Part shown: positions 51,035-64,000 of the stretch, piece after piece
Position numbering within the stretch: position 1 is the stretch's first letter
Layout of the letters: each line of letters starts with the position of its first letter
NCBI GenBank assembly: GCA_050084985.1
Contig: JBITNC010000001.1
Span: 90,396,001 to 90,460,000 of the forward strand
Direction: 5' to 3'
DNA length: 64,000 bases
Origin: Nageia nagi
Taxonomy: Eukaryota > Plantae > Pinophyta
The notes under the pieces: generated by a model
Databases searched by the model: none
Told to the model about the DNA's origin: nothing
Seen by the model: only the letters and a program-made list of their open reading frames with translations
Position numbers and translations under genes: made by a program

Positions 51035-52960
51035 AATATTAATTTTTCTCAGCCAATTTTATCATTGGATTTCTCGTCTCACATATCTAGCCAAACCATA
51101 TTATGAAGCACAGAAGATCCGGTAAAGAACATGTTGCAATGCCAATATATTTAGCTGACCTCACCAGAATATTCTGCATCTTATTAACAGCTATGAGCCC
51201 TTTTACTCTTAGCTTTTGCTTTATGATGACCTACTCAATCTTGGAAACTAAGCTTTTCGGCTCAGCCCCAAAAGATCAGTTTATTTATACTCCTGGTATA
51301 ATTTCTATAATAACAGAGGATACTTTGGTGAACCAGATCGTCATGCTCAAGGCGGATCGTCTCAGGTCCGATAGCTATTCACTGAAAAATACGCCTTGTT
51401 ATTAATTAAGCAGTATTGGATCGGCCCAGTCTTCACAAAATAGGGTGCTGGGGGAGCGGTTAGAGACACGCTAGATCCTCTACTATGTTAGTCTAGCTTT
51501 GCGGAGTATTCATCATTTATGTCTCGAGGTAAAGTTAGAAGAAACGACCAATCTTTGAGCACCGCTCAGAGTTGTTCTTCATAGACTGCTATGAAACACA
51601 CGACCAAAAAAGCTCCCATCAACCCTATTAGTATTATTGAAGCGACAAGTCAAGAACTGTGTTTAAGATGATTTGAATAAGCCTTTCATCCGCTGCGTGG
51701 AGATGCGGATTTTGGCCTATTTTGTTGTTGAAAGGTCCTCAGAAAGTTAGAATTCTCTCTTGGTCTCTGGGTATTGGAGAGATGAAATTGTAATTCTGGA
51801 TACTTTCAAATTCCGCAAATGAAACAAGCTGGCCCTTTGTTTTATCTAGATTTGTTAGTTTACTCGTTTTTAGATAAATAATCGAAAGCAAACAAAATGG
51901 AGGAATTGAACCACAAAAATTATAACAATTCTGTGTATTAGCACTTGGGAGTAGCCATAAGCCAGTTGCTCTTACTCAATAAATTAGTCTGTTTTTAACA
52001 GATTTCAATCATCTTCGCTCCCCAGTGAGGGATTTATACCCTTTCACCCCTCAAATTTGTTTGTTTCCTGGAAATGACTATAATGTGTTGGGATCAAAAG
52101 ATTAAAAGTTAAGAGCAATGGCTCCATTTCTATATAAATTAGGATCATCAATCAGCCATTCAATGTTATGGCGTTTTCAATTCCGAAATTATGGAAAGGG
52201 GAGGAGTATAGCAACCACTTTTACACACTTTATCAATTTGTCCAATCTTCGGCTTCAATGAATAAATTGGGGAAATCTCTCTATTTGCCAAGCCAAACCG
52301 GAGGAAATGTGAGTGTCACCAAGTTTATTCTTTCTCCTGCTGGACATCCATCTATACGCACAAGTTAACGAGGAGATGCAGGGCCATGACTAGCACGCTG
52401 CTTCGTCGAAGAGGTGGACATGCTCCATCTTTATCATTTCAATATGGATTTTGGAGTATTAAGTGATCCGTTTAAAGAAATTACCCATCCATTAGTTAAA
52501 AGAACTCCAGTTTGATAATAAATCTGTTTTCCATTTATAATTTTTTTTTTCTTTTTGTTGAATTGGCAGCTAAGGGTCCTCAAATTCAGAGTAAAAGCAA
52601 AGACAGAGCAACAGGTTTTTTTTCCTTTATCCACTTCAGTTGGATGAGAACGGATATGGCAATCCAACAATGCACCCTAAGGTTCTGTTTAGAAGATGTA
52701 TCTACTAATACTCAACATCAACACTCCATGATGAAGGGAGGAGAGAAGAGGTGTTTACTGGATGGGTTTATGACTGCTCTGATCACTTCCTAAATGGGTT
52801 GGATTGGAGGGTGGTGGTGGTTAAAGGAAGAAGAGTGAGATGAGGATGATGGAGGCATATGGAGAACCAAGAGGTCATATATATTATGATTGCTATTTTA
52901 TATTGGTTTGATCATGACAGAGTAGTCGTATACCCATCTAGTAAATACATTTTCTCTCCC
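51035..52960. repeat. U4-downstream module, copy 3 (most complete)
   Basis: Covers the segments seen separately in copies 1, 2 and 4. Confidence 0.75.
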
Positions 52961-54921
52961 CTTTTGCACAATTCAGGCAGCTAGTTCTGACTCTATTAGG
53001 ATCAAAATTGAAGGGTTGCTTAAATTTTTTTAAGGTTGAATTCTAAGAATGCCTTTTTCGAGTGAAGGTTTATAAAACAGCACATCCTTTATTTCAAATA
53101 CATGTTTAATATGATATAATATTTTTTGGTAGTACAAATTTGAATGAAAAAAAAAAAGGTGAATGTGAATAAAAATGCTAAAAATGCATTAAAATGAATG
53201 TGAAGCAATATCGTTTTCATATTCTTTTCAATATCTACTAGTTAATAAGTAATAAAGACCACAATCAGGATCCAGAAATAAAGTAAAAGGTGACTTTTGA
53301 TGTTCACCAACTCAATTTTGAAAACATGTTCAATTGAAGTATAGAACTTCTTGTAACAAGTTCAATTAATTTAAATATTAACAATCTAATTACTTCCTCA
53401 AAAATTTGTATTGCATACTAATCTTAGTCATAGGAGTAACTCAATACTAGTTCTATTGAACATATTCTTGCCAGGAAATCTCAAAACCAAACCAGGTTCA
53501 TACAAACAATGATGAAAGCATTTCAAATGATGATCTTGCAAGATCAAGAACATGCAGACTCAGCATGGCATAGCGATTTCCAACTAAAATAAAGGCAGTC
53601 TCAGGTTTCGTGGAAGCTTCAATAGTGAAAAACTCAATAAATTGTTATGCGATCCTAATGAATAATTTAATATTCATGCACACTATTAAAGTTTACACAT
53701 GATAAATAGTCCTGAATAGCTGGCTGAATTGTTATCTATACTTATAGAAGATAAAGAAAAGCATACATGATAAAGAGGATAATTATAATCATATATATTT
53801 GTGTTATTGGACAACACATTTTCCTTGAAGAGGAGGTTCTACTATACAGGTATAAAAAATTTGCTGCACAATAGCTTGAGCATAAATAACATTCTAGTCA
53901 ATTAGCCCGATAATACTTTGAAACTTTCACTTGGATGAAAGTCGACTTAAGAAGTCTAGATCTAGGAAGGTACACAATACCCAGTTTAGTATAGAGTAAT
54001 AGTATAATAATTTAAAATAGCATATAAAAGAACCACATCTGCTGAAAATTAAGTTAAAGATCAAATTTTATAAAGAAAATTGTCAATTTCTAGAATAATA
54101 GTACTATATCCACAAAACCTTTCACATGAAAGGCCAACTCTAATGGATAGTAGATAAATTGAAGTTAAACATCATGATGTGTTGGGGGAGGAAAGAAATA
54201 TTCTAATTAACATTAGAAAGACCTTAGAAGTATGGTCTTTCTACTTGAGAATGCATAGTTATTTAGGTTAAGAAGTAGTCTAGCTTCTTTTACAAAGAAA
54301 TAATCAATATTAATTGTGGTTACAATCAATAATTTTGGTAATTTATTTTAATGATTAGAGATTAGTAAAGTAATCAAACTAATTTTTTTTAGAATCAAAA
54401 AGTATAAAGATTTAGAAGTATCATTGAAAAAGAAAACAAGAAAAACAAAATGATGTTGTGAATTTGATGAATTTTTTAAGAAATTATACAATATAAACAA
54501 GATTTTGAAGTATATTAGATGCCATTCATTCATCATCTTATGGAGATGGGAACAATGTCTAACCAACTATTTTTCACAGTTTGGAGGCATGGAATAAGTA
54601 GATATCTTTACTTTGTATGTTATAGGCTTATAATAGAGATGTTTAAGGGTTTAGATTTTCTTTATAATTTTTAACTCAATCAAACATATACTCTAATGTG
54701 AAATGGTATCAACAAGGCGAAATTTGTCATGATTCACATTTTTTTCTTTCAAAATTTAACATATATTGATGGACAAATGATAAGAAGTATCGTCAATGAA
54801 ATCTCAAAAGAAATAATCATTTTGAAGGGGCCAAATGATTCTAGGTATGATAAACAAGGTTTTCATTATATAAAATCTATGAAATATAAATAGAAATAAA
54901 GCTAACCCAAATTCATTATTT

Positions 54922-55258
54922 CAGCAATAGAATACATGATATTCATAAAGAAAATTCATCAATAAAAAAATTATATAAAAGCTTAATAAATACCTTTCTC
55001 TTGGGTGGTTTTATGTGTGGAATGTGGGTTTATAGCTTGTTTAGTCTTCAACTAAAATAGTAATATATATTAGATTCAATTAATAATTTAACAATAGAAT
55101 ACATGATATTCATAAAGAACATTCATCAATAAAAAAATTATATAAAAACTTAATAAATACCTTTCTCTTGGATGGTTTTATGTGTGGAATGTGGATTCAT
55201 AGCTTGTTCACTCTTCAATTAAAATAGTTATATATATTAAATTCAATTAAGAGTCTAA
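54922..55258. repeat. Tandem duplication of ~167 bp
   Basis: caatagaatacatgatattcataaagaa...tatatatta(g/a)attcaattaa occurs twice. Confidence 0.85.
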
Positions 55259-56316
55259 CAATATACACTCCCACGTTTGAAATGTCTCCAAATGCATTCA
55301 TATATACCAAATTTTAAAATTGGATGCTTGTTTTATGAATTGTAGAGATTAAAATTTCAATTTGCATTAGCAAATAGTTTCTTAGATAACTACATTAACA
55401 ATGGGCATCGGTGAACTAGAATTGGAAGGCTTGACAAATTAGTAGTTGATAATGGTAATTAATTTAGTAAGTACTACTTCACAATTGGCAACTTTCTTAA
55501 ATTCCTACCACATTCTAAGTTTAGAGCTTCAAAAATTAGTAATGAATAATATAATAACTAATAATTGTAGTTATATATTTTAATTTCAAAATTAATTTTT
55601 TTATATTTTAAAATTTTAAATTTAACATCGACCTTAAAGCATGAAGGGTATATTTAAATACTTGCATTTTATTTGATTGCTGATTTTTAAATCATCCATA
55701 TTGAAAGGGTAAAAATGCCTTTGAAGGCCATTGAAGGTTTCAAATTTGACCATAGGTTTCTATCCTTTACCAAAAGAGATCAATGGTGGTGAGCGATGAA
55801 GTACCCAAATCCATTCAAAATGGTTTCTATATAAATTGAATCAATGATTAGTACCTAGTTTTTAGCTAAATAATTTTTGATGAGTATTGAAAGGATTTGT
55901 ATGAGCGAACTCAATTGATTTGTTAATTTTACAATAAACAATATATTCATGCATTGCACTTGTATATTATATATTAATTATCTCATTTATTGGTGTTGTC
56001 TATCTAGGAGATGGATCACCTTCTTTGATAACCTAACATGATTTGATATGTTTGATGTATTATGATACTTGTGCATTTTTTTAGTTGATTGCTTTTTTTT
56101 TTGATGCATTATGATATATTTATGCATTTTTTAGTTAGTTGTTTTTATTTTTCAGCTAGGCATATTCATGAAACTATTCTTCCTAAGCAGATTCGCGAAG
56201 TTAACATGCAATAATAGTTTCGCCAATATGTATAAACATATTCATGATGCCAATATGAAAAAAAATCTAAGCTTCAAAATACATTTTTGCAAAGATTTCT
56301 AAAAGGATGTTTTAAA

Positions 56317-56372
56317 GATTCGAACCCAGTTCACTCAGTTCAAAGTCCAACATTTTAATCATTACATTAGCA
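56317..56372 (-). pseudogene. tRNA-Gln(UUG)-derived remnant (pseudo-tRNA or SINE head)
   Basis: Reverse complement reads TGTAATGATTAAAATGTTGGACTTTGAACTGAGTGAACTGGGTTCGAATC: A-box-like, CTTTGAA anticodon loop and B-box, but no acceptor stem. Confidence 0.4.
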
Positions 56373-59129
56373 TTTAATTTAACAACATGCCTTTCACTTT
56401 TTTAATTTATCTTTCACTTGATAGATTCACAAAACTATTTTTGCATATTAACTTTGTGAATATACTTCAAATGAAACTATTTTTGCATATTAACTCCGCG
56501 AAAATACTTCAAATGCCAGGAAAAACCCTTGGAAAAATGTATTCGATTTGTGAAAAATTTGTTGGATGTGTTAGATTGTTAAAGAAGGCAATAAATCTCA
56601 TAGCTACACATGTATTATTTATTATTATTATTGATTTTTTTTAAAATTAATTAAAATAAATTAAGAACAAAAGAAAGATAATTTATGTGTAATTTTATAT
56701 TCATTTAGAACTTATAAACTAAAGAATTTAAATTATTTTTAATATCTAGAAAATTGATATTGATAAACAATTGTATTTGAAGTAAAAAAAACCATTGAAG
56801 ACATTTAAAAAAATATGTATATCACTTGATAATGTCTTGTTAAATATTATAAGATTCTACTTTACATATTTCATGCTTTATAAGGCCTATATTTAGCGCA
56901 CTTGGGTTGGCCTTAGCCTTCCCTCACACCCAAGCTGTTGCACTATGCTCATCACTTCTTGAGTCTTAATTAAGGGTTGATTTGACCACTTGATTATGTT
57001 AGTCTACACCTCCCTTTTGGCTTGCAGATATTTCTAGGCCAATTCAGAGTGTGCTCCCACTAGCTTCAGATCAAGACTGATCACCATTTGACACATGAGC
57101 TTTGAGTCTATCGATTGTGCTTGATAGAGCCTAATATTGAGGATCATTTCATCTTTTGGTGTTTGATTTATTATGAGATTTAGGGGTGGTATAACTATCT
57201 TTTTTGGGATGCTTGTAGCTTGATCTTAACATTATTTCAGTTCCTAAACCATCGTTGTTTGACACTTTATATCAGAGAGACTTTCCTTCTTAGGAAACAT
57301 TTATTATTCGATTCCCAACACCTGATAGGTGATCGCTTGATTACCTCTTTCTTCCCAATTTCCTCAGGAGAGGGAGTTTGTAGGAGGATTGAGGACTCTC
57401 CTCAGTATACTCGATGTACCAGATAGAGGGTGCATATTGACCTTAGTTCTATGAGGTCGTAGCGGATCACAACCTTCTTTAGCTACAATAGTATCGATGT
57501 AAACACAGATCAGCCCAAGAGTGCACAGTCAAACATATCATGAGAGACCTTCCCTTTGACTATGTTTGCTTAATATGTTTCTTTGTTCGACTATTTATTT
57601 CCTTTTAGGGATTAGTTCCTACATTGTTCTTAGTCTTTTCATAGTTTGCTTTGAGTGAAGGCTATTGAGCCCCTCATGCTGCTTTAGACTTGTATTACCT
57701 TCAATCCTATTGATCGCTTTTGGTCATCTGTGGACATTAATATAATTTCTTTCTTTTTTTTTTATCTTCATTTTATGCCATGATGTGTACCTCAATGTTT
57801 TACGTATACAATATTTTAGATTTAAATTTGTTATTAGATGTTCATTTTATCATATTTAAAAATATGAGACATTATTTCTTGAAGAATTTTCATGTAAATT
57901 AAATTATGTATGAATATGATTGCATAATAGATTAAAAAATAATAATTGATTTTATAAATTAATCAATAAATTTTCAATTTTTAAAGATTATCTTTTAAAT
58001 ATTAAATGTAGAAACAAGATATTATGGTTTAAATTGTAAAATAAGCAATGGTAAATTTCAAATAATCTTTGCTAATATTATGATACATTATTAAAGTATT
58101 TTTTTATTGGTAAATTGTTCCTTGTGGGAATTAACCATGGAATTAGATTCCGTGTCTTAGAGGTTTTATTTTGTCAAAGTCATTTGAGAGTTACATAAGA
58201 TTCAATCGACATTAGCTAACTTAACTACCATTGATTGGAATGAGCATATCAAGAGGAGGGGCAGGATTTGATCCTGGGGTCTTTCTCTCCAACTCCTCTA
58301 GCATGATTGAATATATTATTAAATTTTTGATATATGTTTGCAATTTTGTAAATTGATAGTATCCAATTCACGAGAAAGTATAATATAGCATAATAAAAAA
58401 AAAAAAAAGATTTTTAGTATAAATTTAATTATATTTATATTCAATGAGATTTTCATATATGGATTTTGGAGTATTTGAAGGTCAAGAATTATATTCTTTT
58501 TGCAATGTTTCATACATTGGTTTCAAACATTTCCAATAAATATTGGTCTCTTTCTCCTTTCTAATTGGTGTTATTTTAGTAGTAAATTTCAATTCTCTAT
58601 GATTTTGAATGATTGATTTTTGCAATTCATTGTTAGAGGATAGAGTTACATCACAATTTTGTTTCAAAGCCAATTCATGAGAATTATTTTTCATAATATT
58701 TGGTAGCTAAATGATTGGGGATATAATCATTTTTTGATCATGCGAGTCTTGCAAAATGTGATGGATAATTCTTCTTGTTCTCTGTCAAAGGGCTTTTAGA
58801 AGCCAATTCTTTTACATCATTGTTTTCTTCTCATTAACTTGGTTGCATTTGATATAGGCATGATCATTAGATTTCTTTAGAATATCAAGGGTTTTCCATT
58901 ATTTTGTCTCATTTCTAGAAGGGTTATCCACATTATTGAGTTTAGATAAGATTTTTTAAGTTCTCCAACTATTGATATTTGTAGCATTGATTTTTTTTTC
59001 CTACTCAATAATTTGACACCACACTTGTAATTCAAATATATATCAATAGTTTGATGGCAAAGATATATCAATAGTTTAAAGCCAAGGAGCAAAATTTTTC
59101 ATCCAAACTATCATTCTTGCTTTTTATCC

Positions 59130-60360
59130 ACTACTTACTTTTATTTTCCCCACTTTTTTTCTAATAATAATGGGTTTTGGGTTGCAAGATGGGATCTTGG
59201 CCTATTTTGTTATTGAAAGGTTATTTGAAAAGGAGAATTCTCTTTTGGTCTCTGGGTACTAGTGAAATGGGATTGTAATTATGCTTACTTTCTATTACCC
59301 TAATGTAGAAAAATGAAAGAAGGTGCCCCTTTCTTTAATTTAGGTTCGTTCACTCATTTTTAGGTAAATAATAAAATTGCAAAGGTAAATAGTTGAAAAT
59401 AAATAAAATGAAAGAATCCAACCATGGAAATGATAATAATGTTGTCTATTAGGACTTAAGGAGTAAATAAATAAGCCAATTTTATTTACTCAATAAAATA
59501 GTCTTTTTTACATAGTTTTATCATCTTGGCTCCCAAGTGAGTGATATCAACTCCCATCCCTCAAATATTGATTATTTCCCCGAATGACTATAATGCATTG
59601 AGATCAAAAGTAAAGCAATGAATCCTTTATTATATAAATTAGGATCATCAATTGATCATTCAATCTTTTGATGTTTCTATTTCCAAAATAATGGAAGGGG
59701 AAGGAGCATAGCAACCACTTCTTTTACACATTAATTTATTCAATCTTCATCTTCAATAAATCAATTAGGGAAATTTCTCTATTTGACAAGTCAAATTGAG
59801 TGAAGAGACATGGTAATGTCTCCAAGTTTATTCCCTAATGGGAGACATTCATTTACAAACACAAGTTCATGATGAGATGCAGGGCTATGATAAGCACATG
59901 AGTTCATCTCGAAGGTGAATATATTCCATCTTTATAATCTCAATATAGTTTTTGGATTATTAAGTAATTCAGTTAAATAAATTACCCATCAATAAAAAGA
60001 AGTTCTAGTTGATAATGAGTCAGCTTCCTATCTATGATTTTGTTATTCTGTTTGGTGTATTAGTAGCTACTATAAATGACCCTCAAATTCAAAGTAAACG
60101 TAAAGAAAGAGTATCAAGTTTATTTTTTATCATCAAAGTGATTAATAGGAATAAGGTAACGGGTAAGTAGTTTTTCTTATCCATTTTAGGTGGATGAGAA
60201 TGGAGATTATAATCCAGTAATGTACACCAAGGTTCCTTTTAGAGGATGTATCTACTAATACTCAACATCAACACTCTATGATGGAGGGAGGAGATAAACG
60301 ACGTTTACTACATGGGCATATGACTACTACCATGATCACTTCCTAAGTGGCTTGGATTGG
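59130..60360. repeat. U4-downstream module, copy 4 (no U4 upstream; CpG-decayed)
   Basis: Aligns to copies 2 and 3. No USE or U4 seen at 55-59 kb. Confidence 0.75.
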
Positions 60361-60624
60361 AAGTGAATGAGAATATTGATATGTGAGTTATATAAACTCA
60401 CCAAGATAATCATTTTAAAGCTAATTCATTAATGAGTACATTATCAGAATTTCAATTAAACTTGGGAGGCTATTTCATAGCAAAATATCAAGTTTCAAGC
60501 TAAGTAAAATGAATAAAATTTAGATCTAGGACCACAAATTTATTGGACATCCCCCAAAAATTTTAGATTTGCAAATTGGCTTGGGAAAAAGATCACCAAA
60601 AATCATATTTTAGGCCTATGTGAC

Positions 60625-60796
60625 TATTGTAGAAATAAAGATTTATTATTTCTTTGTTGACTTTCATAAAGCCTTTGATAGTATCTCTACACATATCCTA
60701 TTCAAGAGATTTGAGAACTTAGGGATCCCTAAAGATGTTATATCCCTTGTCATGACATTATATGAATAAGTAGTGGGCCAAGTTCAAGTTGGTTCT
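60625..60796 (+). mobile_element. RTE-type LINE RT fragment
   Basis: IYYFFVDFHKAFDSISTHILFKRFENLGIPKDVISLVMTLYE*VVGQVQV. Confidence 0.7.
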
Positions 60797-61390
60797 TGTT
60801 GGAATGTGTAATGCATACTTGGGGATTAAAGTTCTTATGTATTAATTTAAATAAAAGGATAAACTATATTGTTATAGTTACTTAAGTGAGGGGAAAGATT
60901 AAATTCCATTAGACCAATATGTAGAAATAGAATCCTATGGATAATAAGATGCATGAATTAATATCCATCAACTCTCTACAACCTCGAAATCTATATATAA
61001 CATCCATGGGTTGATAATTATAGTGAAGAATTCAATAAAAGAATTCTATTGTAGAAGTTGAGTAGTGGCTATAGGAATAGAATAAGAATAGAGTTTGTAG
61101 AGAGATAAGTAGAGAATACAAGTAGACAAGTAGAGTTTGTAAAGAGACAAGTGAAGACAATGGAGAAATGCTAGTAAAATATTTTCATAGATATGTGATA
61201 TATCTTTTTGAGCATTTTGCAAATAATGAAGAGTAGTGTAAGCATAGTAAGCAACTACTGTTACATCATATTAAGCACATGGTGTTGTAAATAGATATAT
61301 TGTTGCATGTATTTTCACTTGAGATTAATGGAATGTTGGAGGATTCAAATTGGATATTTCCTTGCTGAATTTAAATAAGGTTTTACAACT
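60797..61390 (+). mobile_element. Probable solo LTR (Copia-like)
   Basis: Starts TGTTGGAATGTGTAATGCAT, like the Copia LTR start. Has a CTATATATAA box and an AG-rich tract, and ends near ...ggttttaca. TSD not clear. Confidence 0.45.
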
Positions 61391-63111
61391 ACAAATCTTT
61401 ATCTCTTATCTTGTATGATTATTGTTCATATATTTAGTGTAATAGAATAATGTTTTCTGTGAAAGATTTTTGGGTTTACTATGTATGCCACAATAATAGT
61501 TTTATTTATCTTATTTTAAATATCAAACAAGTGCTATTAGAGCCTATTCAACATAACAAAGTTCCTATTGAAGAGGTATATATGAACTCTTTTTTCTTTT
61601 ACAATATTCATTTATGGTTTTATAATATTATTGTTTAAAGATTGCACTTGGAGATATATATTCTCTTATCTCTCTAAGAACTATGTATGAGTTACAGTCC
61701 TAGATTATCCCATGGTATTCATTATAACACACTAAACACTCTCAACTATAGTTGAGATCTAAAAAATTGCAATAATATTCATCCACATAATCCATAATGG
61801 ACAAATTTACAACTCATTAATGGAGCTTTCTTTGGAGTCTCTTTTTTTGACATTATTATTCTCAATAGGATAAACTCTTTTATTGAATATTTAATTTCTT
61901 TTATCTTTACATTGTTTATTAGAATCTTAAGTAAACATTTTAATGGTTGTATCTGACTAAAACTCTAGTAGATTCTTCTCATAGAAGTAGAACTTTTTTT
62001 TTTGGGTATTATTATTTTTAATATTTTGGGTATTCAATATATTGAACTGAAAGTGTTCTTTCTTGTTCAAATCTTACTAGGTATCTCTCCCATTATGTTG
62101 AGCTTCAAGCTTGCAAAAATGGCTACACATGAGCTTTACAGTAAACTCTACATAAATTTATTCTTTTAGAAAAAATCTCTTTCATTTAAAAAGTTACTAA
62201 AGTTTATTTCAATAACAAAAGGCTATGAGTTGACATAAAGTTTTTATTCTAATGTTTACTTTATTAAATAAGTGAGTATTTATTTATTCCATTAAGCTTG
62301 ATTATACATTAAATATGTATAGGATCTTTTATATAGCCTGAGATCCTAAGATATTTTAAAATCTTATAAGCTACAACTATCCAAATAATATCATGAATAC
62401 TATATGGTTAAATATTTGGTAAATAGTTATATAGTAATATTATTATTGTGTTAAACAACATTTGTAAGGATAACTCTGTCGTTCCTTCTAATCTTCCTAT
62501 TATCTCATCATATTATTCTTGAACTGCTTTTTTCCTTTTCTCAATTATGTAACATTTTGTTCAAGTATTGATAGTTAGAATTTAGCACTATTTGGAACCT
62601 AGTAGACAAGGTTAGGGAGTCATTGACCAGGTGTTAAATTTTGTTAAGTATTTCAAGAAGCCAAAGTTGGGGAGATTTTGATAAGTGACATCATCTTCGA
62701 TTGTAAAAGCTTCAGACTCTAGAAGCACTTAATGGTAGATAGCAAATACTAGGATATTTTCAATTGTTGCTTCCTTCTCAGATATAAATGATCTGGATTC
62801 TTAAACTAATGATAGCTTGATGACTAATAACTCTCAAACCTAAAAGCCTCAGAAATAAAAGATCAAATATTAATAGAACAAGAAGCAGTTAGAACTAAGG
62901 GAAATTTAGAGCATGATGTTAGTACTCCACAAAAGTAATCGAAGCTAGCAACTATGGTTATTAGATATTGGAGAAGAATCGACACATCACAACTAGAGAA
63001 AATAAATATTACAACCAAATATCCCACACTTGCACTAATACCTAGTTCCATCCAATCTAGGATGTGGGACCCCCAGGCCTATATTAATGGGTTGATATTG
63101 AGACACATTTC

Positions 63112-64000
63112 TGTTAGAATTTGTATGCATTATTGTAAATAACTTAGTTGTATTGTTCCTAATTAAATAAAAATTATAGGAACATATATAATACCTAATT
63201 TAGAAAGAAAATATTTTGTAATATGGAATAATCCACTTATTATGTGGATTATCCATGTGTGCAAATATGGCACCCCAACTATTTTATATTAGGGGAAAAT
63301 CTATATATGCATGTTATCCCACATACTTATTATAAGTATGGGCATATATAATAGGTATGGGTAAAAGACTCCAACTACTATTCTCACCTAATGTGAATCC
63401 TATGGATGATGGTATTTCCCTTATGTAAAAGGATATACCAAAGTAGGATTTGAGCCTATAAAAGGAAGGCCATGCTTGTTGTAAATGATACACTTTTGTA
63501 GAAGCATTGTTATGCTATTAGTTTAGAGATATAGGGACAAAATGATTGTAAGAGAGAGTGCATTTTGAACAATAGAGATCTTGGATTAGTGGATGTACTC
63601 CCAAGGAGGGAGGAACTACTTTATATTGTGTCTCTTGTGTTAATTTGTGAGATTACTTGCATTAAGTTTCTGTTTATGTTAAGTTGGAGTTGGGTGTTTT
63701 CAAAGGATCTTGGGATTTAGGAAATTAGTGTGCTGCTTTAATTTCCATCAATTTCCCCATGGTATTAAGAGGTTTGTTGCACCAAGATCTAATACCCAAG
63801 ATGGATCATATCACTCTATAGTAGTTAGCCACCTAAATTTGCAAAGTAGAAATTCAATGGCTAATTAGAAATGGTTAGAACTATAGAACATAAAGCCTAG
63901 AAGATTATGGAATGGTATGAGTATGCTGTAGTGATACCATTTGCATAGATTATTGGGAGTAGCTAAACTAAGATTAAACATGAATGGGGAAATTTTAAAA
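63112..64000 (+). mobile_element. Copia-family 5' LTR (63112-63759) with degenerate PBS and start of internal region
   Basis: Starts TGTTAGAA, has a CTATAAAAG box and is homologous in inverted orientation to 39407-40077. Followed by TGGTATT-AAGAG. Confidence 0.6.

Larger units (their letters stand above)
41525..60620 (+). repeat. Degenerate tandem array of multi-kb U4-containing units (3 with U4, 1 without)
   Basis: Homologous blocks: 41525-42880 ~ 49145-50590 (partial at 60470-60620); 42578-43170 ~ 44380-44970 ~ 50270-50905; downstream module in 4 copies; 46725-47000 ~ 55800-55960 plus 56650-56800. Confidence 0.8.

Noticed and set aside
58300-59100. AT-rich minus-strand ORFs, possibly LINE debris
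   Set aside because: Too degenerate to assign any motif with confidence.

Overview
AT-rich, CpG-depleted eukaryotic DNA from a plant nuclear genome. The plant-type snRNA promoters (USE + TATA), U4 sequence and TE families point to a plant; a large-genome non-angiosperm (gymnosperm, fern or lycophyte) is inferred, not shown. Most six-frame ORFs are spurious or TE remnants. (1) One real protein-coding gene: a spliced minus-strand LSM11-like gene (U7 snRNP-specific Sm-like protein). Its exons are 14028-13921, 13814-13737, 13624-13552, 648-509 and 403-373, and it continues out of the window. A 12.9-kb intron holds a non-autonomous chromovirus-like LTR element with a hAT transposon inside its 5' LTR. 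(2) A nest of decayed L1, RTE-type LINE, Gypsy and Copia elements at 15-41 kb and 60-64 kb, including a solo LTR with a striking (TA)n-anchored palindromic array. (3) A degenerate tandem array at about 41.5-60.6 kb with three U4 snRNA genes with Pol II-type promoters, each followed by an unidentified conserved module; a fourth module copy has no U4. All calls were made by eye; TE boundaries without a TSD are approximate.
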